From Eledone cirrhosa (Eukaryota), in NCBI GenBank assembly GCA_964016885.1, contig OZ024740.1:327174001-327238000 (forward strand): DNA of 64,000 bases. The letters run 5' to 3'. Positions 1 through 14,704 of this stretch are shown here, piece after piece; position 1 is the stretch's first letter, and every line of letters starts with the position of its first letter. Made by a program: the position numbers and the translations under genes. The notes beneath the pieces were generated by a model. The model ran no database searches, was not told where the DNA came from, and saw nothing but the letters and a program-made list of their open reading frames with translations.

Positions 1-23
1 AGTCGATAACAGTAATAATTTCG

Positions 24-25
<2 letters not shown>

Positions 26-77
<52 letters not shown>

Positions 78-120
78 GAACGACAACAACAACATCAACA
101 ACGACAACAACAGCAACAAC
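26..120. repeat. (AAC)n microsatellite
   Basis: Direct reading of the tandem trinucleotide. Confidence 0.95.
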
Positions 121-366
121 GTTAATACTACCAATAACACAATGTATCCCAATAAAGACCAATCGATGGAAGTGTTATAAATGTAAACTAGTCGTACTCT
201 TTTATACAAGTGATTGAGTCAATGTCTTGTAGATATTTTCTTTGACTAAACTATTAATTAATTTCGATTAGTGAAATTTGGCTGAACTATAGATTTTCAA
301 TAATGCTGGTTGTTAGGTGTTGTACATCCCCGCATTCACAAATCACATCATCGTATCCCCATCACC

Positions 367-996
<630 letters not shown>

Positions 997-1121
997 GTAT
1001 GTATAGTATATTTGGCAATATACCGTATGTTTAATTGTTTAATTAAAAACATGTTGAAGACCATACGCTATCGGTTTTAAAGTAGTGACTAGTCACTTAC
1101 TTCTTTTCATCGAAGTATATA

Positions 1122-1193
<72 letters not shown>

Positions 1194-2162
1194 GATGTAA
1201 AATCCTGACCACGGCGTCTAGGGGTTTCGGCTTGTGTGTATCTTTCAAGGCAGAAGGTGGAAGGTGGAGATAGAAAATGAGCGCAGCAGTCGAGCAAAAT
1301 AGATGAAAACGTACATGACGCGAAGCTGTGGCGTATGAAAAAGCCAATTATTGAATTTGTCCTGTAAGTTGCTGTCGGGTGAGGGAAATAATTGCCTCGA
1401 GTGGAAAGTGCTGAAAATAGGGGGCACTCCAGTAGTAGTTTCCCGATCTACTGTGGTGGGTAACTTTAGTTGTTATATATATACTGCATGAAATTTTAAA
1501 CCTGTTTTTCATGTATTACTTTTTTTGCTCTGTCATCTTTTGATTTTTAAGTACTTCCCAGAATGTTTCATAACTTTCCTGTATGCCACATTTTTATACT
1601 GTATAGTAAACAGTTGTAGTCAATACTTAAATCATTAACATTATGATTAAAGCAGTCAACTCATATGTCCAACAAAACCAAATTGAAATAATATCGTGTC
1701 GACCGATCAGGTCAAACGATATAGAAAAGCAATCATTGACATCACTAGCCATCACATCCTCACCTCCAAAACACAGAACGGATTCAGACCTCTACACTCA
1801 ACCACCATACTGTTCCCAAACCTAACACTTAAAATATGATAGCGTATACAACAACAAAAAATGCCTCTACCACGTATCATTTTAACGATCATCTACATCA
1901 GCCAAATTTTAGGGTTACCTGTTATCCACACATTCTAGGACCTCTCAACATTTGCTTAAGAAACAACCCAAAACGCTAGGTAACAAACTATCAATCAGAC
2001 CACCAAGCCTATGTAGTGTACAAAAACAACACTTTCAGAGCTTGACATTTCACGAATCGTGTAAAACCCATCATCTCACCTATTCTTTGTAGTGATTCAG
2101 TGAAGAAACTTCTTCTCAAATCACACTCTACAGTCTTATAAAGGAAATGATACTGGTCAATA

Positions 2163-2517
2163 CAGGGTGGGCCAACATTCATGAATCACTTGATTATTTA
2201 TAGATCTATTAACACAAAATGTTATAAAACAAGGTAAGGAATATAATACCATATACAGGTGCCGGTAGCCCATAGGTTGCTTACATTACTCTGCAGACTT
2301 TAGTGATGTTGTCTGTTTTAGCAAATAATCTCACACATTGAACACGTTTTTCCAAGCTTAGCAAAGGATGCGCCATGGTTAATCAAATTTAGAAAAAAAA
2401 AAAACCTGTGAGGCATATTAAGAAATAAAATAATAAATTAAAGCAATACAATAACAATAAAATAAGCATGTTAAGAAATATAACTAACAAGCGAGTCATG
2501 AATTCTGGCCCATCCTG
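2163..2517. mobile_element. Tc1/mariner-type MITE
   Basis: TA|CAGGGTGGGCCAACATTCATGAATCACTTG ... CAAGCGAGTCATGAATTCTGGCCCATCCTG|TA gives ~30 bp imperfect TIRs with a TA target duplication. Confidence 0.75.
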
Positions 2518-4446
2518 TATAGTCGTGAATATAAAAATGACGGGTTATTCATGGCTGAAACGTTTCCAGCCGTAGGTCAACTCCACCAGAGAGCTGATCT
2601 AGGAACTAGACACTAATAACAATAATCACCGCACACTCGCATATTTTATTGTACAAATGGTCTGTAGGTGTGGTTTGTGTATAGTCGGAAATAATATCAT
2701 ATCCACTTTTTTAATTACTTAAGCAGGGATGACCACGCAGTTTATTATTGTAAAAACCAGTTCTAATACATAAAATACTGTTACAAACAAAGATACAAAT
2801 CTATGACATTCAAGTGCACTACAAGAATAAACTCCTTATAATCAGTCCAGTTAAACATTAAAAAACAGAAAAACAGACATACACAAAAATATCATCAATA
2901 TCAATAACTACCATTGGCCCCCTTTGAGCTGAGATGCCCAACACCACAAATAAGTAAAGAAGAGCAGCAGCTGTCCATATTCAGATCGAGTTCATCTTGT
3001 GATCAGCACCAAGATCTGCTGACTTACAGAAATAAACTTCACAGTAAAACGGATAAGATGTTACACCGACTTTAATACTACAATTAAGCACTGCCTTTCA
3101 AAAGGTTCAACTAGACGAAAATTTAGCGTATCCAGAATTTTGAATCTATGGATGACGTCATGTCGTTCGACCAACCACTTAGGGATGCACAACACCACTA
3201 CAACGAAGAACAACAAAAACGACTACTGTTTGGTCCATAGGGATTTCACCTATTTTTATAGAAATACGCTTACATCATTGAGTGTTCACTCATATGCATC
3301 GCTGTGCAATATATCTAACGCATTCAAAGTAGATTATCTAAAGCATCGATAATGCATTAGAAACAATAACAACTTTCCGGTATTAACAAAATCTGACATG
3401 TAACATAGTAAAATTAGCAAAATTGGGATAAGTCCATATATTATGGGAAAGCTTGAATGGTCAATGGTTCGTAGAGAGTTTATAAACTTAATGACATTTT
3501 TCTGAACAAAGCGCTTGTTCGAAACGTCATGATTTACGTCATCTCATGGCGTATGAACTTACCTAAATTTGCTAACTTTACTAAATGATTTTTACTGAGG
3601 CCAAAGTCTCTCACTTTCTGTGTACCTGGGTTTGTAGAAAGTGTCAAGAAAACGTTTAATAGCTATGATCTTGTAAAGATAAGTTCCTATCAAAAGCCTC
3701 AGCTATCTAGGTGCAAATCTGGGACATACGTACTCGGAAGATACATACATTAATTTTTGTTTATATAATAAGATTATATAGCACATGATTTGAATTCAGA
3801 ACATAAAGAGACGTAACTCTATGCTACGAAGCATGGTGTCCAAAGCTCTACCGATGCTGCTAATTCACCGTCCTTATATAGCATATAATAATGTGAAAAC
3901 TATGGCGATTGTGCGGAAAATCTTGAACTATAGAAAAACACAATTTTTTTAGCAGCATTCTTGCAATACTAAAACATAAAATATTCATTTTCCTTCAGTG
4001 GATATAGTATAAGTGCTTACTTTATATATTTCTCACAATACAAGGAAAGTTATTTTGGTAATATCTTATAAATATTCCTATATAAATATATTTTGATATA
4101 TATTAATAATTAAATATTTCCACCAGGAAATGTATACAAGATGTAGAATTTAGAAAATAGATTTTATATAATATTTAATCGTCTTTGTCGGATTAAATTG
4201 GTCATATATAATATACCGCCATACCGTAAATATTATAATGCAATTGAAGATATTCGTGTGGCACTTGTAACGAAAAATAGGCTTCATACTCCTTCATACT
4301 CCTTCACAACCACCACCACCACCACCAGCACCGCCACCACCAGCACCACCAACACCACCACCACCACCATCAGCACCGCCACAACCACCACCACCATCAG
4401 CACCGCCACCACCATCATCATCATTATCATCATCATCTTTATAATA

Positions 4447-4868
4447 ATTGTTTCTACTTTAGGCACAGCAGGTTGAAGAGGAGGGCAAAGTCGATTACAT
4501 CGACTCCAGTGCTTTATTATATCGGTCTCGTAGGGATGAAAAGTAAAGCTAACCGCGGCGGGATTTGAACTCAGAACGTAAAGGAATGTAACTCTATGCT
4601 ACGAAGGATGTTGTTCGACGCTGTACTGATACTGCCAATCCACTGCGTGATTTGAACTCAGAAGGCAATGAACCGGAACAAATACCGAGTCATTCCATCC
4701 GACGCATTAAGCACTATCTCAATTCTAGTTTTGACATAAGGTTAGAAATTTGAAGGGAGAAGGGAAATCAATAAAGTCGAACCTCAGTGAGTTACTGGTA
4801 CTATATTTTATCGACACCGTAAAGATAAAGGCAAAACCTCAGTAAGATTTTATTCAGAACGTAACGGG

Positions 4869-4870
<2 letters not shown>
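4447..4870 (-). mobile_element. Adjacent degenerate copies of the tRNA-derived SINE
   Basis: Matches the reverse complement of the SINE seen at 61410-61630 (TTGTTTCTACTTTAGGCACA..., GGGATTTGAACTCAGAACGTAAAGG). Confidence 0.8.
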
Positions 4871-4899
<29 letters not shown>

Positions 4900-4960
4900 A
4901 ATCTATTAATCTATCTATCTATCAATCTCTCTCTCTCTCTATCTCTCTCTCTCTCTCTCA

Positions 4961-4993
<33 letters not shown>

Positions 4994-5342
4994 TCTCTCT
5001 CTCTCGCTATATATATATATGCGGTACAGACAGGCAGAATTGGTGGCAGCTTTGATCTAACACGAAGTGTATGAATTCAAGATGCAGTGGAAAAATTCAT
5101 TTTGATATCATTTCTTTATATAACAATTACTTGCGGGACCCTCAATGTACTAGATCACCTTTCTAGAAATAACAGCCAAACCGTCCTTAACTCACACATT
5201 ACACTTAAAACATTAAAGAAGGAAGGGTGTATTAAATAATAGAGTCCTAGAGAGTAATCAGGTGGATCAATGTCGATTTGATGCTAAACAATATAAATAA
5301 TTAACTATACCGTAATTAAGATTATACTCTTTCTGGCTTTAT

Positions 5343-5467
5343 GTAGTGGTAGCAGTAGTGGTGGTGGTGGTAGTAACAGTAGTAGTAGTGGTAGTAGTAG
5401 TAGTTTGTTGTAGTAGTAGTAGTAGTAGTAGTAGTATTGGTGTTAGTAGTAGTAATAGTAGTAGTAT

Positions 5468-5518
<51 letters not shown>

Positions 5519-5632
5519 CGGTGGTGGAGGCGGTGGTAGTTGAAGGAGTGGTAGTAGTAGTAGTAGTAGTATTGGTGTTAGTAGTAGTAGTAGTAGTAGT
5601 ATTGGTGTTAGTAGTAGTAGTAGTAGTAGTAT

Positions 5633-5672
<40 letters not shown>

Positions 5673-5673
5673 T

Positions 5674-5706
<33 letters not shown>
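5343..5706. repeat. Degenerate (AGT)n/(GGT)n microsatellite
   Basis: Direct reading. The ORFs here are low-complexity artefacts. Confidence 0.95.
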
Positions 5707-6929
5707 ACCCCTGCCGCAAGTCATGCTGATGCAGCATACTCATGTTGTACATGATGCCTGATCAGGCCGGAGGCCAGTGTGAAAGTGATGGGAATAACTA
5801 TGTAACAACTTCAGTCATGATATTTACTTTCGTCTTCATATAGAAAACGATAAATTACGTCGGTAACATGCCTTCCTTTGTTTATTAGCTTTATTAGCGA
5901 TACTAGAAGAAGCATTACCCTGCGGACGGTTTTCCCCAGTTTATATAATACATCCACGTATCCATTCATTAACACATACATACATACATACATACATACA
6001 TACATACATACATACACACATTCATACATCCACACACATACATACATACATATATGGATGCATCCATTCATACGTCCATGCATCCATTCATAAACACGTC
6101 CATACATATACAGTAACACATCCATACTTAAATACATACATAACATATAAGTATATATATATATATATATCCACCCATTCATCTATACATACATAAATAC
6201 ATGGATACATACATGCACACATACATACGTACACATATACATACATACATTCATACATAAATGCATACATGATGATGATGATGGCTACAACACGATGCTG
6301 AGCGATGCCATTGCTAGATATTTAAGCATGGACGTGGATTGTTGTCCAGATAAGGATTTGTCTATGGCCAGCAATGCTATGCATTGCAAAAAATGTCACA
6401 TATCAAACGACGCCTGTGCTTGAAGCTTTTTTAAGTGAGGTAAGATTTTGCACGGGGCCACTCCAACTCCCAGAACATCAAATGCACTTACCCCATAAGT
6501 AGAACCGGTCTACATCATTGGATGCAAACGAAGTGGCAAGTTTTATATCAGCGTGAACTTACATGCATACATACTTGCATACATACATGAATACATTACA
6601 TGAACACATGCATACTTGCATACATTCATAACACATATACGCGTGCGCGTCCACACATACATATTTTTTTTCCATATAAATCCTTTCTTAATCTAAAATA
6701 GAAGGATGTGGTTGTAAACAAATTTGACTGCTATTGTCAGAAGGTCAAGTGTCTGCACAGAGACCCTCCCTTGTTTGTTCAAATTAAACTTGGTTGTTGT
6801 TGTTGTTTAGTTCTATATCAGCCCTGATGCGAAAGATCTAAGAAGAAAAAGGCGGTCTAAGAAAAAAGGAGGAGGAAGAGAAAGAGATAGACAGATAGAT
6901 AGATAGACAGATAGATAGAGATATATAGA

Positions 6930-7008
<79 letters not shown>

Positions 7009-7204
7009 TGAGACGGGGATATACAACAGAACGATAGCTCAAGAATTTAATATTTTCTCTGCAGAAGGTTTATTAATCAATGTGGACGTTTAAGGTGGTG
7101 GGTCTAATTGTAATGTGATTATTTACAGCATAACAATTGTTTAAGTTTATAACTGATTTCACTTATAAAATGAAAATAAAAGGTAGTATATTTAATAACA
7201 ATAG

Positions 7205-7349
<145 letters not shown>

Positions 7350-7863
7350 ACAATTAGTTAGCACCCCGAACGTTTAATTACGAATATACTCAGGTATTTC
7401 CTAATGTTTGTTGTGTGAGTTGGAATTTGGCCGGAGTATCGCTATTAGCTTTATCCGATTATGTATTTATATTTACTCTTGGAGCAACAGATATGAACTT
7501 TCCCGATGTAAGGTATGACTCTCTTTGTTTATTTTTTTTATATGAATATTGATTGTTTGTTCTTGTATCTCATTCTGTTATTTTGCCCGAGAAAATATCT
7601 GTGTGTCATCAAGCGATGCGCACATATGGTTATTTTTTCATATCCAATTGAGTTCTAGCACGTGGCTTGAATTCTTTTCAGAATTCATTGACCTGCGCAT
7701 GTATTGTTTTTTGGCGGCAATCTCCTTCCTCCTATTTTAGAGTCAGTGTGAGATTTTCTTTAGAACTGCTGGACTAACAACCTAGCAGCTCCCTCAAGCA
7801 CTGATGGTGATTATCGATAAATATTGATGTTGATTTGGTTATCAATATTAATATAATTGGGCA

Positions 7864-7971
7864 CCCACTGAAGAATTATAAGAGCCCACTTGAATAAGTA
7901 TCTGTTGATAATTTGATATAATTTCACCCAACTTGTAGAAATCTTATAGTGAAACGAGAGGTATGTCTGGG
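7864..7971 (+). ncRNA. Type-I hammerhead ribozyme with long stem II insert
   Basis: CCCA-CTGAAGA-ATTATAAGA(~58 nt)TCTTATAGT-GAAA-C(GAGAGGTAT)G-TC-TGGG. Stems I and II pair. Predicted GUC cleavage after 7967. Confidence 0.75.
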
Positions 7972-8161
7972 AAGAGATGTATTTGATATATCTCATATGA
8001 AATAATACAGCCAATTTTCCACACAATACAATTAGTTAGCACCCCGAACGTTTAATTAGGAATATACTCAGGTATTTCCTAATGTTTGTTGAGTGAGTTG
8101 GAATTTGGCCGGAGTATCGCTATTAGCTTTCTCCGATTATGTATTTATATATATATATATA

Positions 8162-8557
8162 TATTGTTATACTTTCGGAGGGTCATGTTGCCAATAAAAA
8201 CACATGCACCTGTTGGTTTGATAACCGGAAGTTTGTTTATATATTGTCTCTCCTTTGTTCTGTCCTACACCATCAAAACCAATATAATGTAGGACAGAAC
8301 AAAGGAGAGGCACACAATAAAAACCTAGTCACTGAGGAGTTCACAGAATGTGTGACGAAAGACCTTTGACAATATATAAACAACCTTCTGGTAATCGAGC
8401 CAACCAACCAACCAACCGGAAATTTATAATAAATTGACGTGAAAACCAACAGGTGCATCTGTTTTTATTGGCAACATGACCTTCCCAAAGTATAACAATA
8501 TCTGTTTCAACACACGTTTCAGATAAGAAATCTCACAAAACAAATTCAAAAACGAAT
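8162..8557 (+). mobile_element. Inverted-repeat element with asymmetric 3' tail (Penelope pLTR-like); same family as 62433-62850
   Basis: TATTGTTATACTTTCGGAGGGTCATGTTGCCAATAAAAACA at the left is inverted at ~8443-8500. A ~55 bp tail TCTGTTTCAACAC... is shared with the 62.8 kb copy. Flanked by (TA)n. Confidence 0.8.
8328..8370 (+). ncRNA. Minimal hammerhead-like motif
   Basis: GTCA-CTGAGGA-GTTCACA GAATG TGTGAC-GAAA-GACC-TT-TGAC. Core intact, 4-bp stem I, stem II hairpin, 1-bp stem III. Confidence 0.6.
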
Positions 8558-8576
8558 TATATATATATATCGGGCA

Positions 8577-8698
8577 TCCACTGATGATTTATAAGTGCCC
8601 ACCTACATATATTCCTATGGACTATGTGTAGGCTTTTACATAACATGGACATTATTTTCCCAATTTGTAGAAAACTTATAATGAAACGATCGTTTGGA
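8577..8698 (+). ncRNA. Type-I hammerhead ribozyme, paralog of 7864-7971
   Basis: TCCA-CTGATGA-TTTATAAG(...)CTTATAAT-GAAA-CGATCG-TT-TGGA. Palindromic stem III CGATCG. Stem I covaries with the paralog (TCCA/TGGA vs CCCA/TGGG). Confidence 0.75.
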
Positions 8699-9034
8699 AA
8701 GAGAGATGTATTTAATTATGTCTCATATAAAATAATACAACTGGCTATCCACAAAATACGTATAGTTAGCACCCAAACGTATAATTGGGATTATACTAAG
8801 GTATATCCTAATGTTTGTTGAGTGAGACGGAAGCCGGTCGGAGTATTGCTTAAAGCTTTCTCTGTTAATGTATTATATATATATATATATATATATACGT
8901 TCATGAATACATAAATACAAGTAAACATAAACACCTTTATATCTCTCTATATATAAGGATTTCTTTATTTCTTTATTTCTCTATTTCTCTATAATAACAA
9001 CTGCCATGAATTACATATGGAGATCTCCCCCCCC

Positions 9035-9167
<133 letters not shown>

Positions 9168-9762
9168 TATATATATATATATACATAAATATATATATAT
9201 GTATATATATATGCATATATATATATATATATATGTATGTGTATATTTCAAACGAATATGCTTAAAAATGGAAGCAGTTAAGAAAAGAACTAAAGTAACG
9301 AAAACAAAAACAACAACAAAAGGAAATAAGCCCCGAGGCTTATAAACTTACATCAATAACATATTTCTACAAGATATAGTGGAATTATCTAGGTGACTAG
9401 GTCGCAGAAGTGCCACAAAATGAATTAAGAACAATTGAAAATGGAATCTAGTAGCTTTGTTTCGGTGTTCTTACATAGATAAAATGATTCTTGCACGATG
9501 TAAATTGCTTTAGTTTTAAGGAAATCAAATCAACTGACAAACAAGTACATCCACACACGTGTACACACACACACATGCGCAGGTATATATATATATGGGG
9601 AGTGTCATATTTGTGTAATATTGCCAGAATTAATAACAGAACACACTAACTGTTTGGTTGGTATCGGTTAATTTAATTTATTCGGTCCTCAATGTTACCA
9701 TTGACTGACAAACGATCAAAAATACAGATACAATATAGACACAACCACATATATATATAGTC

Positions 9763-9806
9763 TATAAAAGTTCTTTCGTTGCACATCTGCAACATCGTCA
9801 GTGGTG
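9763..9806 (-). ncRNA. Degenerate minimal hammerhead motif (family shared with 63355-63389)
   Basis: Minus strand reads CACCA-CTGACGA-T-GTTGCA GATG TGCAAC-GAAA-GAAC-TT. Stem I is decayed. Confidence 0.5.
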
Positions 9807-9918
9807 CTATTATGTTTCCTCCCGTTGCATTGTATGCCTACGCCATCTTTATTTAGTCTGTTTATTTATTTATTTATTTGTTTATTTTTTTGTCTTCTCT
9901 GCGCATGCGTTTGCGTGT

Positions 9919-10229
9919 GTGTATAGTGTTTTGTTTGATGTGTGTTCTTGTTTGGGTGACTGTGTATTGGTTAATGTATTCTATCTTAGTTTACTAGTGT
10001 GTGTTTATATGTGTTTGTTGTAATTGTGCTTGTGTATGTATTTATTTATTTATTTATACTTCTAGTAGGTCAGTGTTGTTTGTTTGGGTGTTGTTATTCC
10101 ATTCGTTTTTTTCTGATTAGCCTTGGCCTTCTAAGTTCTATAATAGAACTTAGAAGGTCAAGGCTAAACAGAAAAAACGAATGGAATAACAACAACACCA
10201 AAACAAATAACACTGACCTAAGAGAAGTA

Positions 10230-10264
<35 letters not shown>

Positions 10265-10387
10265 ATACATACACAAGCACAATTACAACAAACACATATA
10301 AACACACACTAGTAAACTAAGATAGAATACATTAACCAATACACAGTCACCCAAACAAGAATACACATCAAACAAAACACTATACAC
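9919..10387. repeat. Long near-perfect palindrome, arms ~220-245 bp, centre at 10142
   Basis: ...CCTTCTAAGTTCTAT A ATAGAACTTAGAAGG..., with arms matching out to GTGTATAGTG / CACTATACAC. Confidence 0.95.
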
Positions 10388-10430
10388 GTGCGCGTGTTTT
10401 GTGTGTAGAGAGAGAGATAGGGAGCGAGGA

Positions 10431-10461
<31 letters not shown>

Positions 10462-10763
10462 TAGAGAGAAAGAGCATAAGACAGAAAGCGCGAAAGAGAT
10501 TTATGACACTAACTATGGCTCATTTAAATACACTAGTTTCGGTAACTGTCTCCTTCAGACTTTCACTGAGACAAACCCCAGATCCTCAACCTACATACCA
10601 TAATACATCCCACAGATTTAGTAGTCTACCAGCTTTGGATAATCTTTATAAAATTACACTACACTACACTCCACAAACACACACAGAGATATATGTGTGT
10701 ATATATATATATATGTGTGTGTGTGTGTCTGTGTGTATATGTGTGTGTATGTATGTGTATGTG

Positions 10764-10844
<81 letters not shown>

Positions 10845-10944
10845 GGTTTGTATGTTTCTACAATAAAGACACTAAAAATGCACTGAATCTTTGAATTAAA
10901 CAGTTACTATTAATAATAAATACTATATATAGACAGCAGTATGT

Positions 10945-11003
<59 letters not shown>

Positions 11004-11107
11004 AAGAAAGAGATGGAGGTGAGAGAGAGACTGAGACACAGACAGAGAAAAAGCGAGTGATTGAAACAGACAGAGACAGAGACAGAGATTGAGAGAGAGA
11101 GAGAAAA

Positions 11108-11292
<185 letters not shown>

Positions 11293-11448
11293 ATTCATCA
11301 AGTGTATTCGATGTGATACAGTGACTATAGCTTTATGTAATAGAGTGGGAAATGGCTAATTATACATCATGATGATAATTATGTTGTGTCTGTTTATCTT
11401 GTATGGATTCTATGGCTTTCACAGCGTGTCCTCACTTGTCACGGTCCT

Positions 11449-11691
<243 letters not shown>

Positions 11692-12109
11692 CATGTATTG
11701 TATATATATGTAAGTTTAGGAATAACCAAAGAGTGCTTAGAAATACATTGTTTTATAACGGCTCTGTAGTATACTAGTTATCCTACATTAAGCTAAAACC
11801 ACACTGTCATATCAAGGGCAATATATCTGCGTGTCTGTGCACATTAATATACTTGTCAACGAAACTATATATATGTATGCATATTTATATATATATATAT
11901 ACATGTATTTATGTATATATATATATATCTGTGTGTGTGTGTATGTGTGTGTGTGTGTGTGCTTCTATATATGTATATACATAAACATATAAATATATAA
12001 TGTGTGTATGGTTTGAATTGCTTTACTGTTATAAGCCTAAAAACCTAAGACTGCATAATGAAACACGTGAAGGGATGTAAACCGATACATTCCACCAGAA
12101 ACAAAGTTA

Positions 12110-13400
12110 TGTAATGAATAAAATGGAAAAACTTCTGAGTGTGTAGATGGAAAACTAGCATTATGGTAACGTGCCTATAAACCTTAATTTATTTTAATCG
12201 ATGGCACTAATTCTCTCTGAAGATTTAAAGGCTAAATATGATGGAAGTGTTCGTAAGGAAACAGTTGCTGCATGTTACGATTTGTTCTACAGATTTAAGG
12301 TTCGCTCAAAATGAGAAACGTGCCATTATTAACATGTTTGCGAAAGTGGAGTTTCCTTAGTTCATGTTGGAAATTATTAACGTAGGGGCGTTATCTGCCA
12401 GAGAATCTGTTTAATATTGACGTGGCATGGTTGTATTGGCTGAAAATTCATGACAAAACTTAGATTGATAAAGAAAACAAATATATGATTGGGTTTAATT
12501 TTCGAAGGATAGATTTACGCTCTTGGTGTGAATAATACTGATGACTACAAACACAAACCTTTGTTAATTTATCATTCAGACAGTCCCAGCGCTTTAAAGG
12601 CTGATGTCAAAGCATCACTTTCTGTTGTGTGGAAATCTAACCCTAAAGTATGAACTGGTTTTTAGAAAGTTTTGTACATGATTTAGGAATCTATTGCAGC
12701 AACAAAATCCTGCGCCCCGGTCCTGCTTGTTTTAGAGTATGTCCCAGAATATCCATCATTCTGGGACAATTACCGCAACAATAGATAATGTGGGGTACCT
12801 GCCTCCCAACATCATTGATATTTTTCAGCCTATAGATAAAATTTCTATAACTAGTTTCAAGGTCTTCTTCCTGCAGAGAACTTTCACACAGGCTGTGAAG
12901 AGAAGACAAGGGAAGAGTGACGTGACTTATAGCGGGTTCTTGAAGAACTATAACAACTACAAGGCCATTAAAAATACAGAGGCTTTCTGTCAGGTGGTAA
13001 AATCTGCCATGTATGGTGTTTGGAAGGAGCTCTGACTACTATTTATCAATGAGTTCAAGAGATCTTCGGAGAAAACGGTCAATAATTTAGTGAAACTGGT
13101 CAAGCAATTTCAATTGAAATCTGAAGAAGACGATATTCATAAAGTGTTAGAATTCCACACTAAGGGGCTCGGCAATGGGGATTTGATGACACTGGAGTCA
13201 CAAAAGGTCTAGGAGATATGTGAATTGAATGAACCACCGGGATTAGAAACTTTATATATTCATTTGAATGCAGATAGCTGAAGATTTCAGCAAGATCGAG
13301 AAGGTACTAGCTTCATTTGAGTCCCAAGAGACCAAACTCTGAAAGATTTAGAAAGGTATTAGCAGTGGTTCATGAAGCCATTGCCTGCCACAAGAAAAAA
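12110..13400 (+). pseudogene. Decayed Tigger/pogo-family DDE transposase
   Basis: Fragments MEKLLSV*MEN (CENP-B-type HTH), DYKHKPLLIYHSDSPSALK...VVWKSNPK and YLPPNIIDIFQPIDKISITSFKVFFLQRTF resemble Tigger1 motifs. Many stops and frameshifts. Boundaries approximate. Confidence 0.8.
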
Positions 13401-13694
13401 AAAACAAAGATTATTATGCAGACATCTCGTTGTAGATTTTTCAAGAAGTAAGACTAAGAACAACTGTCATCTGTATTTACAGGAGATTATAAAACCTTTA
13501 ATGTATAGACCCCGTTTCTCAGACTCAGATGACATTCCATCTCCACCATCATTTCTATCATTAATCTAACTCCAGCAAACAGAGGCACCAACAAACAACA
13601 GAGCTACTAGCAAGCAAGACAGTACCAGGAAAAAGGTAAGTGCAGTAACGCTATAAATACTTTCATCATTATCTATTATGCTTATTATTATTGG

Positions 13695-13895
13695 GTGGTG
13701 GCTTGGCAGAATCAATAGGATATCAAAGAAATTCATTTTCTAATTTGTTTCGGCTTTTAACATTCAAAGTTAAAAATCTCGCTGACGTCATCTCATCATA
13801 CTTCGGGGGTCGATAAAAAAGTACCAATTAACTATAAGGCCGATTTAATTGACTTTCTATTGTCCCTAATATTGCTGACCGAGTGCCCGAATTAT
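13695..13895 (+). mobile_element. Old degenerate SINE copy
   Basis: TGGCAGAATC head, CGGGGGTCGATAAAAAAGTACCA core, ATT tail. Confidence 0.65.
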
Positions 13896-14382
13896 TATTA
13901 TCATACTATTTATAACTTCTGTTTTTTTTCAGGGAGTTGAAACGAAGTGGAGACTGACTGTTTAGCTTGGAGTTTCTACTTCAGCTGTTAAATGGTACGG
14001 GTGAAAGCGGCTGGTGTGCCACTGGCTGGAAGAAAGATGTCCACGCTGAGTCTAAAGGTTCCCTCCGAGAAAAGGAGGTTTACGAAGCTTGGCTTGGAAA
14101 TAAGTTTTCTTTCTTGCACTCGAGGCACAAGTAGGCGACAAAAGCGTCTTGGGGAGTCTTTGAAATTACCAGAACAATTAAAGTACTCAAATATGTCAAG
14201 GCCTCTAGGGAGGATGGAATTCAGTCTGAGATGGTAAAGTTTTAAATAGAAAAGGTGATGACACGTGTGTGCCGGTGGCCTGGATCTCAGAAAAGTGATA
14301 GAAGCAATGGCAATCGGGTGTGATAAAGAAAAGTTTCGACAAAGAGAGTTGAGAGTGTGTGTGTGAGAGAGAGGGATATATA

Positions 14383-14704
14383 TACTATAAGAATAAAGGA
14401 ACAAAGATTCAGTGTTGCATCATAACATATTTAATAACATACTACTTATGTTTCACTATCGGAGACGAGGTCACATAGGAAACATATCTGATGATCTTTC
14501 GATTACAGAGTCAGGTTCGATCAATAATAGGTCGTTCTTCGAGCTGATCGATTGTGAAACATATGTAATATGTTATTAAATATGTTATGATGCTACACTG
14601 AATCCTTGTTCCTTTATTCTTATAGTATTATACACTGCTCTGTTCGAGCATCGAGTGCTCAACCGGCATTCCGCCTACGGACGCAATTTTTCTTGCAACC
14701 ATAC

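Larger units (their letters stand above)
7351..8878 (+). repeat. Three direct copies of one repeat (7351-7471 partial, ~7858-8150, ~8571-8878); the two longer copies contain hammerhead ribozymes
   Basis: Shared block TAGTTAGCACCC..AACGT.TAATT.GA.TATACT.AGGTAT.TCCTAATGTTTGTTG.GTGAG...CGGAGTAT.GCT...AGCTTT...TATGTATT, each copy ending in TA repeats. Confidence 0.85.

Noticed and set aside
1640-2060. A/C-rich stretch possibly from a decayed retroelement ORF
   Set aside because: No convincing motif could be read.
5750-5790. CTGATCA-GGCC-GGA-GGCC...GAAA hammerhead-like string
   Set aside because: Core G8 is missing, GAAA is not adjacent to stem II, and there is no stem I.
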